A stretch of 64,000 nucleotides of DNA, from positions 1-64,000 of IMG/VR virus record IMGVR_UViG_3300012979_000002; one strand, 5' to 3'. The stretch comes from a virus (Duplodnaviria > Caudoviricetes). The translations under genes were made by a program, and so were the position numbers. The notes under the pieces were generated by a model. The model was not told the DNA's origin and ran no database searches. It was given only the letters and a program-made list of their open reading frames with translations. Shown here piece after piece: positions 15,972-25,592 of this stretch (its first letter is position 1; every line of letters begins with the position of its first letter).

Positions 15972-16196
15972 ATGAAAAAAGAAACAAAAAAAAGAGTATT
16001 AAAAAAAGGAGTAGAAAATGTTTGTATCAGTATAGTATCAATTTATTTTACTTATGTAATGTTTACTATTGAAACACTAAACAACCCATTTAATCAAATT
16101 ATAACTTATATAGCATCACTTGTTATAGGTGGACTAATCACACTACCTTGTTTATATCTTTTAATCAAATATTCTAGACTATTTGAAGAAGAATAA
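15972..16196 (+). CDS. small two-TM membrane protein
   Basis: Basic N-terminus plus two hydrophobic helices; AAGGAG RBS. Confidence 0.7.
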   Translation: MKKETKKRVLKKGVENVCISIVSIYFTYVMFTIETLNNPFNQIITYIASLVIGGLITLPCLYLLIKYSRLFEEE

Positions 16197-16307
16197 AAAA
16201 ACAAACACTTGTTTGTTTTTTTTCATTGCTCATAAACACAAACGACCGTTCGCTTATTTTATAAACACAAACATTCGTTCGTGGGTGGGGGTGGGTTTAG
16301 TAAAATA

Positions 16308-16321
16308 CGAACAAATGTTCG
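16308..16321. promoter_or_regulatory. LexA/DinR (Cheo)-type box
   Basis: CGAAC-AAAT-GTTCG; variants at 16202, 16239, 16268. Confidence 0.65.
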
Positions 16322-16388
16322 TATATAAGGGGTGACGTCCTACCCGAAATTAGAAAATTATTTTTGAGAAGCCCCCGAATTTACAAAA

Positions 16389-16901
16389 TTATACCAGCTC
16401 AGATAGCAGCTTTTGGAATGAGTCGGGAGCCACTACGCCAATCAATGTTGCAACATGTTCTTCTTCAATCAATTCATATTTAAGTGTTTTCACTTTAAAC
16501 TCTTTCAATGCCGCGGTGATTTCTTCGTATAACGCTTTATAATTAGCTGTGTCAACATCTTCTTCAACTGATTGTCCATTTATGAACGCTAAGTATCTGT
16601 CGCGTAACACAAAGTATTCTTCTTTCCACTCCTCTTCTGGGATGCACGCTTTTGCCACGTTCTGGTTCTTTGTATTAACTTTTGTGTCACCTTTCATCAT
16701 TTGGCCCCACTCAACTTTGTCTTTAAGTTCGCCAGACGGTAGTAACAATCTGGCATACGCTGGACGTGTGGGACTGCTGCCCTCCAAAATGTCCGCTACG
16801 CAACATACTTCGCCATCTGTGATGACCAATTTGCCTATGCACTCTCTTTTGCGGTCCGTTTCCCAGTACTTTTTGTTTTCTTCGTTATTAATAAATTCCA
16901 T
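16389..16901 (-). CDS. hypothetical protein
   Basis: AAGGAGG RBS; own promoter. Confidence 0.8.
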   Translation of the reverse strand: MEFINNEENKKYWETDRKRECIGKLVITDGEVCCVADILEGSSPTRPAYARLLLPSGELKDKVEWGQMMKGDTKVNTKNQNVAKACIPEEEWKEEYFVLRDRYLAFINGQSVEEDVDTANYKALYEEITAALKEFKVKTLKYELIEEEHVATLIGVVAPDSFQKLLSELV

Positions 16902-16996
16902 AACCAATTACCTCCTTATGTGTTATTTTATTTATCTTTATAAATACATTATAACACATTGCGCCCCAAATTGCAAGTCTTTTGTGAAAATTTTTA

Positions 16997-17116
16997 TTAC
17001 TTTTTTTCATTTTCTGCGTCGTCTTCAAACAAATACTCATCACATTTGCCCGCTAATACGCAACTTGCGCCCAAAAACACAAGTATTACCACTACTATTA
17101 TCCCTATTATAGCCAC
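16997..17116 (-). CDS. small membrane peptide (39 aa)
   Basis: MAIIGIIVVVILVFLGASCVLAGKCDEY...; AGGAGG RBS. Confidence 0.55.
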   Translation of the reverse strand: MAIIGIIVVVILVFLGASCVLAGKCDEYLFEDDAENEKK

Positions 17117-17173
17117 TGTGCGCCAACCTCCTTTCGCCAAAAAAAGAGAGAACCTCGGCCGTTCTCTCTTATA

Positions 17174-17600
17174 TTATTGCCATGTGCCGTCCGCGTCATA
17201 TACGTCCATGGCGGAACCGTTCGTAAAAGTAAGGCGCATTACAGGTGTGCGTCTATCGTTGAGCACTCCGTATCCTATAAACTGCGCCGACGCTATTTGC
17301 GCCGCGTCCTCATAAACCTTGACGAGACGACCAGGGTGAAAAGTGTCCTCGCCAACATAAGTCACGTACGCAATGTCTTGATTAGTGTTTTGTAAATCTG
17401 GGAGTCGTAATTACGTATTCGTTGTTACCCCCTAAGCAACTACACATTGGAAATTCTTCCATGTCTGCTGATTCATGTTCAGGTACTAATTGCACCATTA
17501 CGTGGCATTCTGCGCCGTCATCAGTAATTGTTTCTACTACATCTCTGTAGAATAATTTTCCACATTCTTCACATTCATAAACTACATATTTTGGTGTCAT
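17174..17600 (-). pseudogene. Cys-rich (CxxC) protein, apparently split by a 1-nt frameshift
   Basis: ORFs 17382-17600 and 17174-17365 join if one base near 17410 is removed; the second has no RBS. Confidence 0.5.
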
Positions 17601-17776
17601 ATTTTTAAAATCCTCCTATTGAGCCATTCGTCAATGCGCCAAAGGGTGAAAGGTTAGCGCATTCACGATTGACTTGCGTAAAAAATATTTTATTTTGTTT
17701 TTTTATTTTTTACAATTATATTATAATTCAAATTTTGACCTCGTGTAAACTTTTTTACGCAAATTTGTGCGAAATT

Positions 17777-17929
17777 TTATTTACGTCTGCGTCGTTTAGC
17801 ATTTTTACGTGCCATTTCCGCTCTGTGCGCGTCGATGCGCATCCAAATGAAGTCATAGACGGTGTAAATAAGTAATACACCTGTCATAAATCCTGCGCCT
17901 AGGCCTATGCCTTGTAAAATACTACTCAT
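17777..17929 (-). CDS. small membrane protein with basic tail (50 aa)
   Basis: MSSILQGIGLGAGFMTGVLLIY...KRRRRK; GGAGG RBS. Confidence 0.6.
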   Translation of the reverse strand: MSSILQGIGLGAGFMTGVLLIYTVYDFIWMRIDAHRAEMARKNAKRRRRK

Positions 17930-18089
17930 GTGCGCCCTCCGCCGGTACGAATGTTTCGTACATTCGCCAGAAACTTAACATCTGGCTGGCTTTTTCCAAT
18001 GCCGGTCGTTCTGTGGGGTCCTGTGCCAGGATATCACAGTAATCTTCCAGCATTACGATTAAGCTACTCACTATTTCTTTACTAATCAT
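17922..18089 (-). CDS. small hypothetical protein (55 aa)
   Basis: MISKEIVSSLIVMLEDYCDILAQDP...; AGGAGG RBS. Confidence 0.6.
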   Translation of the reverse strand: MISKEIVSSLIVMLEDYCDILAQDPTERPALEKASQMLSFWRMYETFVPAEGAHE

Positions 18090-18153
18090 ATTGCCTCCTG
18101 TGCGTAAATAATTTTTTCTCTTTTAATTATTTACAAATATATTATAACATTTT

Positions 18154-18381
18154 TTATAACCGTCTGTAAACTTTTTTTTCGCCTTCTGTAAGGTCTTTCC
18201 ATTTGCGCTCCTCAGTGTAAGGGGCAAATGTGCGAATCTTGCGTTTGCCGCATTTGTTGCACTTATATAACACATCAGTCCAACGACCGACATCTGAATA
18301 TGAGACGAAGTCACAATGGTAAGCCGATTCGCGTTTTTCTATTGGCTCCCAATCGTGACGGCAAAATAATTTTTTTAGCAT
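18154..18381 (-). CDS. small Zn-ribbon phage protein (DUF1660-like)
   Basis: LFCRHDW...YKCNKCGK. Confidence 0.7.
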   Translation of the reverse strand: MLKKLFCRHDWEPIEKRESAYHCDFVSYSDVGRWTDVLYKCNKCGKRKIRTFAPYTEERKWKDLTEGEKKVYRRL

Positions 18382-18764
18382 AAGGTTTTCAACGCCTTTC
18401 TTATATCCTTGATTGAGCGGCGTGTAGAATGACTAGGATTGTAACGCAATCCGTGGTCATCAATGTAAAGGACTCCAACGGCCTTTGCGTTGGTAACGCC
18501 AATTGCTGCAGGATTTCTCCAATACATATTGTCCCCCATATCCTTATTAAAAAGTTCTACCGGGTATCCGGCTTGGGTTAAATATTCTACGATTTGTTCT
18601 GCCGGGCGATTAGATGAAATTACTATGTAGTATTCATCCATTAACTCCACAATGAATGACATTAAGTCTCTGTCCAACTCTCCGTATATATTTCCGTCGC
18701 GCCATCCGTCATATCCTTTATGGATGACTCCATCAAAATCAAATACTATGGTTTTTCGAGCCAT
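18375..18764 (-). CDS. HAD-superfamily hydrolase
   Basis: IVFDFDGVIH (motif I), ISSNR, K, LYIDD. Confidence 0.85.
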   Translation of the reverse strand: MARKTIVFDFDGVIHKGYDGWRDGNIYGELDRDLMSFIVELMDEYYIVISSNRPAEQIVEYLTQAGYPVELFNKDMGDNMYWRNPAAIGVTNAKAVGVLYIDDHGLRYNPSHSTRRSIKDIRKALKTLC

Positions 18765-18765
18765 T

Positions 18766-19140
18766 TTAATCACTCCTTTTTGATTTTTCATCATCATTAT
18801 TATATCTCATAAGTTGTCTTTCTGTCAAGTTTTTTATACTTTCTCCGTAGCGGCGAAGAGTATAGTCAGGGTCACACTGACAAATGACTAGTATAGGATT
18901 TTCTAAGTCATATACATCCCACCATTCGTATTTTCTGGTGTGATAGTTATATAATCTAATTTCCGGGCCAGTTAATCCCATTCTATACGCGATAGCTTTG
19001 TATCTGTATTTTGTTTTAGTAGTTACATGGATGTTAATTTTCTTTTCAGTTGTTTTTATTTTCCAATTCATGCCAAGTTGATTTCCAACTAAGAAACCTA
19101 CAACTATAGCAACAATGATAAGTAAAATGTTCTCAAACAT
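18766..19140 (-). CDS. membrane-anchored hypothetical protein
   Basis: N-terminal TM; AAGGAGG RBS. Confidence 0.7.
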   Translation of the reverse strand: MFENILLIIVAIVVGFLVGNQLGMNWKIKTTEKKINIHVTTKTKYRYKAIAYRMGLTGPEIRLYNYHTRKYEWWDVYDLENPILVICQCDPDYTLRRYGESIKNLTERQLMRYNNDDEKSKRSD

Positions 19141-19417
19141 TGTATCATTCCTCCTTTGATAAAACAATCATATCATTTCCAAATGCCGTCTGTCAAGTGA
19201 AAGTGTCTTTCTTTTTTCTCTGACTTTTTTCTTTCTCCTTTCAGTCGAAAGAAAAAGTCTTATTATTTTTTATTAGTAATTATATTATAATATAATGAAA
19301 ATGATTCGTCAAGTAAAAAAAGTTAAAAAACTTTTACAAAAAGTATTGACAAAGTCATAATAGTATGTTATTATATATATAGTTAATGAATGGTAAGTGA
19401 AGAGAGGAGGAAATTAA

Positions 19418-19984
19418 ATGAATAAATACTGGAAACACTTGGTAACAATAACAAAACATAAATGGATAGTAATGATTAATTGTTTTAAAGCAGGAATATT
19501 TTGGAGAGGACTATTACATGACAATAGTAAATTTGGTCCTACTGAATTTTTTACAAGTGCAAGATACTTTCAAGGACATAGAAGTCCTATAGATGCTGAA
19601 AAAGAAGAAAAAGGATATAGTTATGCTTGGATGCATCATAGAAATCATAATCCACATCATTGGGAATACTGGATTGATAATTTAGGAACTTATTCTAATA
19701 CACCTGTTAAAGTACCTTACAATTATGTAATCGAAATGATTTGTGATTGGATAGGAGCAGGTAAAGTATATTCTAAAGAAAAATGGACACAACATGAACC
19801 ATTAAACTATTACAATAAAGTAAGAGATGAAAGAATTATACATCCACATACTGAAAGATTAATACTACATATGTTAAATGGTATAGACGCATGTGGGTTA
19901 GAATATTTTTATTACGCAGCTAAACGAATGAAAGAAGATTATGAAACCGGTTGGCTAACAGAGGATGAAACAAATGAAGATTAG
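19418..19984 (+). CDS. DUF5662-family HD-like protein
   Basis: H..TIT.HK..V...CF..G....GLLHD.SK...W.HH..HN.HHWEYW...EMICDW. Confidence 0.85.
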   Translation: MNKYWKHLVTITKHKWIVMINCFKAGIFWRGLLHDNSKFGPTEFFTSARYFQGHRSPIDAEKEEKGYSYAWMHHRNHNPHHWEYWIDNLGTYSNTPVKVPYNYVIEMICDWIGAGKVYSKEKWTQHEPLNYYNKVRDERIIHPHTERLILHMLNGIDACGLEYFYYAAKRMKEDYETGWLTEDETNED

Positions 19985-21119
19985 TAATTATTTAGATTTT
20001 AATTTACAAGCGTATCAAGAAAGATTAGGCTTAGTGAATTTCTTAGATGAAGAAGGTATATTAGCACAATGCCCGTCAGCGGAGTTAGATAAAGTAGCAA
20101 ATTATCTATTGTATGCCGAAGATGTGGATGCAGAAGTTGAATTAAAAGAAGGTAGTAAGAAGAAAGTGAGCTATGAATCACTAATTGAATCTACTTTAGG
20201 TGAGAACACAGTGCAAAAAAGCCAAGAGGTTTCTATTTATAGAGTGCCTCGTCCAATGATTGATAAAGTTAAAGATGCTGACATCCCAGGGATGAGAGAT
20301 TTATGGGAAGCTATAGGCATCATCGAAGAAAGATATAAATACTGTAAAGATGTTCTAGAAGGGCGTAGAGATATGGACCCTGAAAGAAAACTAATTCCTA
20401 CTTATCAAAATAAATACTTTATGCGTGAATGGATGATAGATTTACGCAGAGAACAATTCTTGTTAAAAGACATTTTTAAACCTACCATCTGTAACTTACC
20501 TAGTTTTGGTAATTTTACACATAAGCCAGACCACATTGGTATGAAAATAGGGAAACATATGTTGTGCGAGACTGGCATGGAAGTAGACTATGGCAATTGG
20601 AAACACATCTATGCTATGCTAAAATATTATAACGGCATGAAGGCTTTAACTGAAGATAATCCTTATCATGATTGGTGGTATATGTATGAGTTTTTAGATG
20701 AACTAATTGAAAAAGTTAGATGGTCGCCAGAACACGAGATAATTTTAAAACGAAAAATCAATCACGTGCCTAACGAAAACATAGTTGCGGAACTTGAATC
20801 GTTAGGATATAAAGCCTATAGTGTAAACTATGTTAGTACGATTTGGAAACAGCATATTTCAAAACGTATAGCTAAACAAGCAGACTTATGGTGGAGAGAA
20901 AAAGAATTTAAACCAGACGGTACTTTAGAACATATGACTAAATGGAAAGTATGTGCTAAATGCGGAAGACAGTTGTTTGCAGACGAAATTAATTTTGGAA
21001 GATTCCAAGATGGTACTTGGAGAGATGTTTGTAAAGACTGTACTTACCAAGAAAAGATGGAAAAGGAACAAAGGAGAAAAGAACGTGAATCTAACAAACT
21101 TAGCACCAAAAAACATTAA
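19974..21119 (+). CDS. conserved phage protein with C-terminal CxxC..CxxC finger (possible late regulator)
   Basis: L.KVANYLLY N-terminus; KVCAKCG...VCKDC; lies before the packaging genes. Confidence 0.6.
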   Translation: MKISNYLDFNLQAYQERLGLVNFLDEEGILAQCPSAELDKVANYLLYAEDVDAEVELKEGSKKKVSYESLIESTLGENTVQKSQEVSIYRVPRPMIDKVKDADIPGMRDLWEAIGIIEERYKYCKDVLEGRRDMDPERKLIPTYQNKYFMREWMIDLRREQFLLKDIFKPTICNLPSFGNFTHKPDHIGMKIGKHMLCETGMEVDYGNWKHIYAMLKYYNGMKALTEDNPYHDWWYMYEFLDELIEKVRWSPEHEIILKRKINHVPNENIVAELESLGYKAYSVNYVSTIWKQHISKRIAKQADLWWREKEFKPDGTLEHMTKWKVCAKCGRQLFADEINFGRFQDGTWRDVCKDCTYQEKMEKEQRRKERESNKLSTKKH

Positions 21120-21249
21120 GATTACTGAAGAATATTTAAACACGGCCATTACTATTATACTAGATAGTGGAGATGAAGTGGATTTACCAACTTACATTAA
21201 ACATTTAATTGTGGAGGCATTAGAATCGGCTTTGTCTAAGGAGGAATAA
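21085..21249 (+). CDS. small hypothetical protein
   Basis: GTG start after AGGAG. Confidence 0.5.
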   Translation: MNLTNLAPKNIKITEEYLNTAITIILDSGDEVDLPTYIKHLIVEALESALSKEE

Positions 21250-21250
21250 T

Positions 21251-22237
21251 ATGGAAGAATCTATTAGAGTCTGTCCTCAGTGTGGCAAAAAGCAAAAAAT
21301 AGAGATGTACTTACCAACTTCAAATTCGTCAGTATATAATTTGAATGGTAGTAGTTTTATCTGTATAGAATGTATTGCTAGTAAAATAGATAGAAAGGAT
21401 TTAGGTAGCATTGATAAGATGTGCCAATTCCTTGATTTACCTTATGATGCTAATAAATGGATAGACATGGAATCTAAATATGAAAAGCTAGGCCCATTGT
21501 TAATTGATTACTGCCAAGAAATGTCTAATGGCAAATACGCCGACAATGATTGGTATAGATATAATCAAATGTGGGAAAAGTGTAGGGAATATAATACAGT
21601 ATTAGATGAGTTAACATCTATTCATACCGACTTACTAATGTTCTTGCGTAAAAAGTGGGGACATATAGATGGTTTTACTTTAGAAGAGTATATGAGAATG
21701 GAAGAGTATGAGCGTCATACACTAAGCCACTATCCTTTTAAGGATGAAGCCAGACGTGATATGGTACGTAAGCTTGCTAAGTTATCTGCCATATCTGACC
21801 ACTGTATTTCCAGTGGGGATAATAAAGAGGCTACAACTGTATTACAAAGTTATAATACATTAATGAAAGAATTAGGTATTAGAACAGAAACTGCTTCTAA
21901 TGAAAATACTATCGAAAGCCTATCTGAATTAGTTGCTTATTTGGAAAAAACCGGCTTCTTATTAAATTATAAGATTACGGAGAATCGTGACATCGTAGAC
22001 AGAACGATTGAGAATATGCAACAGTATGTACGCCGTTTATTCACCGATTCTAGTGAAACGGCAAATGAAATGTATAATTCACAAATGTTAAGTCTAGATA
22101 GCGGTACTGAGTTAACTGATGATGACATTGACCAACTATACGCAGCATCTGAGGAAGAGGGCATAGATTATGAAGACCCTATGAATGAGATGGAATTAGA
22201 AAAAATGTTCTCACAGGTAGAAAATGAATTCAAGTAG
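21251..22237 (+). CDS. putative terminase small subunit (SPbeta YonG-like position)
   Basis: N-terminal CxxC..CxxC; directly upstream of the large terminase. Confidence 0.55.
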   Translation: MEESIRVCPQCGKKQKIEMYLPTSNSSVYNLNGSSFICIECIASKIDRKDLGSIDKMCQFLDLPYDANKWIDMESKYEKLGPLLIDYCQEMSNGKYADNDWYRYNQMWEKCREYNTVLDELTSIHTDLLMFLRKKWGHIDGFTLEEYMRMEEYERHTLSHYPFKDEARRDMVRKLAKLSAISDHCISSGDNKEATTVLQSYNTLMKELGIRTETASNENTIESLSELVAYLEKTGFLLNYKITENRDIVDRTIENMQQYVRRLFTDSSETANEMYNSQMLSLDSGTELTDDDIDQLYAASEEEGIDYEDPMNEMELEKMFSQVENEFK

Positions 22238-23981
22238 AATTGAAGAAGTATTAGACAATTACTATCATACCTTTATGGAACGTAATGATATGCAACAAGT
22301 TGTAATTACACCGCAGTACGTTGAAGACAATAGAGAGAAGATGGAAGAGATGGTAAGATTATTTACCCTTTACCCTGACTATTTAGTAGATTTGATTACA
22401 CCATCAGATTCTTACTTCAAATTATATTTCTATCAACGTGTGTTCTTGCGTGTGTGTATGCGCTTTAGAGAGGTTTCGGGAACATTCCCTCGTGCGTATT
22501 CAAAATCGTTCCTAGACTTCTTGGCTATGAACATTCGTGGAATTATGCAACCAAGAAGTAAAGGCTTCACTTGTGCCGATACGAAAAAACAAGCGGCGCA
22601 AATTGTTGAAGAAAAAACTAACGAAATTTATCGTATGTTACCTTTCTTAGTAAATGAATTAAATATTAGCGACATAGACAAAGCCAAAAAGAAATATGGT
22701 AATATGGGTTCGGATTATGCCGAACTAAAATTCCGTAACGACAGTCAAATAGATATTGTTAATACCGGTAATGCTGGTCGTGGAGGACGTAGACATTGGG
22801 GAACCCTAGAAGAGTTCGCTATGATGGACGGAGACGCAGTCAATGAAGTTATCATTCCATTAATGAACGTAGACCGTAGAACTGTGGCCGGATTATTAAA
22901 TCCTACTGAACCACATGCCGCACAAACTATGATTACTACAGCGGGATATAAAGGAACATACGCACACGACAGAACTTTAGAGTGTTTAGTTAATATGGCT
23001 ATTGACCCAGACAAAGCTTTTTGTTTTGGTGGGGATTATCGTATTCCAGTTATGCACGGACTTTTATCGGTAGATAAAGTTAAAGATAAACTACAAGCTT
23101 CGTCATATAAGCTTGAATCCTTCTTGCGTGAATATATGTCCGTATGGACTGGAGGAAGTGAAGACAGTTATTATTCTTACACTCAAATTAGCAAATGTAG
23201 AAATCTTATTAGACCTGAATTCAAACGAGAGGAAGGTTTCAAGGGATTCTATGTAATGGCAGTCGACGTTGCGAGATTTGAAGGTGACCAGACCGTTGCG
23301 ATGATTTTTAAAGTTTATACTGAGGGCGAAAGGTATAAAATACATCTTGTTAACATTCGCATATTAAATGGCACTCACTTTAGAGACCAAGCTGCTATGG
23401 TAAAACAATTTGACTTAGATTATGATTTTAAAGCAATCGTACTCGACATCAATGGTAATGGTGCTGGTTTAGCAGATTATTTGATTGATGAGCAAGAATT
23501 TAATGGAGTATATTATGAACCATACGGTTTTTTAAACAAAACTAAGTATTCTACGACAGAAAAACGAAATAATCGTAGAAAATTGTTCGGAATTGAAGCA
23601 AATCGTACACTAAATAGCGAAATTTATACAAATGCACACATTATTTTAAGTTTAAAACGAGTTTCACTACTATTAAATGAGCGACAAGCGCGAAGATATT
23701 TTAGTCAGTATAAAACTTGGAACAAAATGAATCCAGTTAAACAGGCAAACAAGCTTATTCCTTACGCACAGACTACTAAACTGCAAGACCAGTTAGCGAA
23801 TTTAAAAGCTAACCTGGATACTAATAGCACTATAGTATTACAAAAGATTAATACGCATACGCGTAAAGACTTGGTGTCTGCTTTCGTATATGGGTTATAT
23901 TATATTAACCTTATAGAGGAAGATGACCGCAAGAAGAAGAATCGTGATTGGAGCAAGTCTCAGTTTAACTTTTTAAATTAG
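22224..23981 (+). CDS. terL: terminase large subunit
   Basis: Walker A-like FPRAYSKSF, GRGGRRH..LEEF (Walker B), ITTAG, nuclease AVDVAR, D.NGNG.GL.D, KD.VSA..YG. Confidence 0.92.
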   Translation: MNSSRIEEVLDNYYHTFMERNDMQQVVITPQYVEDNREKMEEMVRLFTLYPDYLVDLITPSDSYFKLYFYQRVFLRVCMRFREVSGTFPRAYSKSFLDFLAMNIRGIMQPRSKGFTCADTKKQAAQIVEEKTNEIYRMLPFLVNELNISDIDKAKKKYGNMGSDYAELKFRNDSQIDIVNTGNAGRGGRRHWGTLEEFAMMDGDAVNEVIIPLMNVDRRTVAGLLNPTEPHAAQTMITTAGYKGTYAHDRTLECLVNMAIDPDKAFCFGGDYRIPVMHGLLSVDKVKDKLQASSYKLESFLREYMSVWTGGSEDSYYSYTQISKCRNLIRPEFKREEGFKGFYVMAVDVARFEGDQTVAMIFKVYTEGERYKIHLVNIRILNGTHFRDQAAMVKQFDLDYDFKAIVLDINGNGAGLADYLIDEQEFNGVYYEPYGFLNKTKYSTTEKRNNRRKLFGIEANRTLNSEIYTNAHIILSLKRVSLLLNERQARRYFSQYKTWNKMNPVKQANKLIPYAQTTKLQDQLANLKANLDTNSTIVLQKINTHTRKDLVSAFVYGLYYINLIEEDDRKKKNRDWSKSQFNFLN

Positions 23982-23996
23982 GAGGTGAAAGAGTTT

Positions 23997-25580
23997 ATGG
24001 ACAACAACACAAAATATGGTTTGTATTCAAAGAGTCAATTAAACGAGTTTAGAAAATCTATCCAAAACATGGGAGATACAGTTCATAACGGTACAGTAGA
24101 AATTCCTTTAAGCATGTCTAAAGGAAGAAAGATTACTGACAAAATTAAGATAGAAGACATCATCAAAACACCTTATGCAGACATCCCTACTTGGAGAAAG
24201 TATTCTCGTATTTATTACTCTCATCCTTTATATAAAAGATTGTTAGAGTATTTTGCTTACATATATTATAACAGCTATATTATTTCACCAATCTTTACAG
24301 AAGGGAAAAAACCTAACAAGAAAAAATTAATGAACGATTACAACGCTGCCTTAAGAAGCCTTGATGAAGACATGAACGTAGAAAAATGGACTAGTCAAGT
24401 TTTATTAGAAATGTTAATCGAAGGGCAAACTTTCTATTTCATTGAAGAGTATAAGAAAGGAGCCAACTATTATTTTAAGGCAATTAAATTACCAACAGAT
24501 TATTGTATGATTATAGGAACTGCCGGAACACCTGCTGTTAATATATTTGCGGTTGATTTAACTTTCATAGATACTGCTATGGCTGAATTAACTAAAAATA
24601 ATATGTTAACTAGAGAAGAGGTATTGAAGCAATATCCTAAAGCATTAAGAAATGCTTATAAGGAGTTTAAAAGTGGTAAGGGAGTAAATCAATGGTTTAT
24701 AGTTCCTACAGAAAACTGTGCAGCATTCTCAACTAATGATGGAAGACCACCATTCTCATTCCTAGTTAAGGAATTAGCTCGTATAGACAAGTTTGAAGTA
24801 TTACGTGATGATTACATCGCTACTAACTTAACTAAAATTTTAGTTCAAACTATCGACATCGACAAAGAAGGAAATCCTGAAATTGATTTAGAGTTAGCTG
24901 CTGAGTTTCATAAAAACTTAAAGATGATAGCATCTAAGAAAAATAACGTTGATGCTTTAACTACTTTAGCAAAACAAGTTGAGGTATTGTCTTTAGGTGA
25001 AACAGGAGATGCTACAGACAATTATGAATTCCTACAAACTTATTATGACCAATTTTATGACGACGCTGGTGTATCTACAGAATTGTTTAATTCCACAACT
25101 GGAAGTACGCTATCAGAATCACAAACACGTGACGCTATGTTTATGTATCAATTACGTGAGCAAATTGCTGTGTGGTTTAACTTCTATTTGAACACAATTT
25201 GTAACAAAAAATTAGTGAAGAACTCAAAATTTGTATTTTCTTATTTGGATACATCCTATAAGAATAGAGAGAAAATGATGGAAAGCTATATCGAAGGAGC
25301 TCAATACGGATTTAGTAAGATAGTTCCTCAAGTAGCTTTGGGAGTTAAGCAACGTTATATAGAATCGCTTACTACTTTTGAAAATGATATTCTTAATCTT
25401 GATGAGAAACTTGTTCCCCTACAAAGTTCTCACACTATGAGCGCCAAAGCCAACGAAGAGGCCAATAGTAAAACTGGTAATAAAGAAGCACAGAACGCCA
25501 GTGAAAAAGAAAACGGAAGACCAACAAAAGATGATAATGAAAAGCAAGATTCAACTGTAACGAAGGATGCGAGTTTATAG
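23997..25580 (+). CDS. portal protein
   Basis: ~527 aa directly after TerL; PLQSSHT C-terminal motif. Confidence 0.8.
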   Translation: MDNNTKYGLYSKSQLNEFRKSIQNMGDTVHNGTVEIPLSMSKGRKITDKIKIEDIIKTPYADIPTWRKYSRIYYSHPLYKRLLEYFAYIYYNSYIISPIFTEGKKPNKKKLMNDYNAALRSLDEDMNVEKWTSQVLLEMLIEGQTFYFIEEYKKGANYYFKAIKLPTDYCMIIGTAGTPAVNIFAVDLTFIDTAMAELTKNNMLTREEVLKQYPKALRNAYKEFKSGKGVNQWFIVPTENCAAFSTNDGRPPFSFLVKELARIDKFEVLRDDYIATNLTKILVQTIDIDKEGNPEIDLELAAEFHKNLKMIASKKNNVDALTTLAKQVEVLSLGETGDATDNYEFLQTYYDQFYDDAGVSTELFNSTTGSTLSESQTRDAMFMYQLREQIAVWFNFYLNTICNKKLVKNSKFVFSYLDTSYKNREKMMESYIEGAQYGFSKIVPQVALGVKQRYIESLTTFENDILNLDEKLVPLQSSHTMSAKANEEANSKTGNKEAQNASEKENGRPTKDDNEKQDSTVTKDASL

Positions 25581-25592
25581 GAGGGAGCTACA

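Noticed and set aside
12499-16331. G-quadruplexes at G-tracts (12499-12523, 12778-12793, 16283-16331)
   Set aside because: Only two or three closely spaced G-runs each; possible but not supportable.
16549-17875. + strand ORFs 16549-17112, 16959-17315, 17177-17395 and 17669-17875
   Set aside because: They are antisense shadows of RBS-led - strand genes and promoters.
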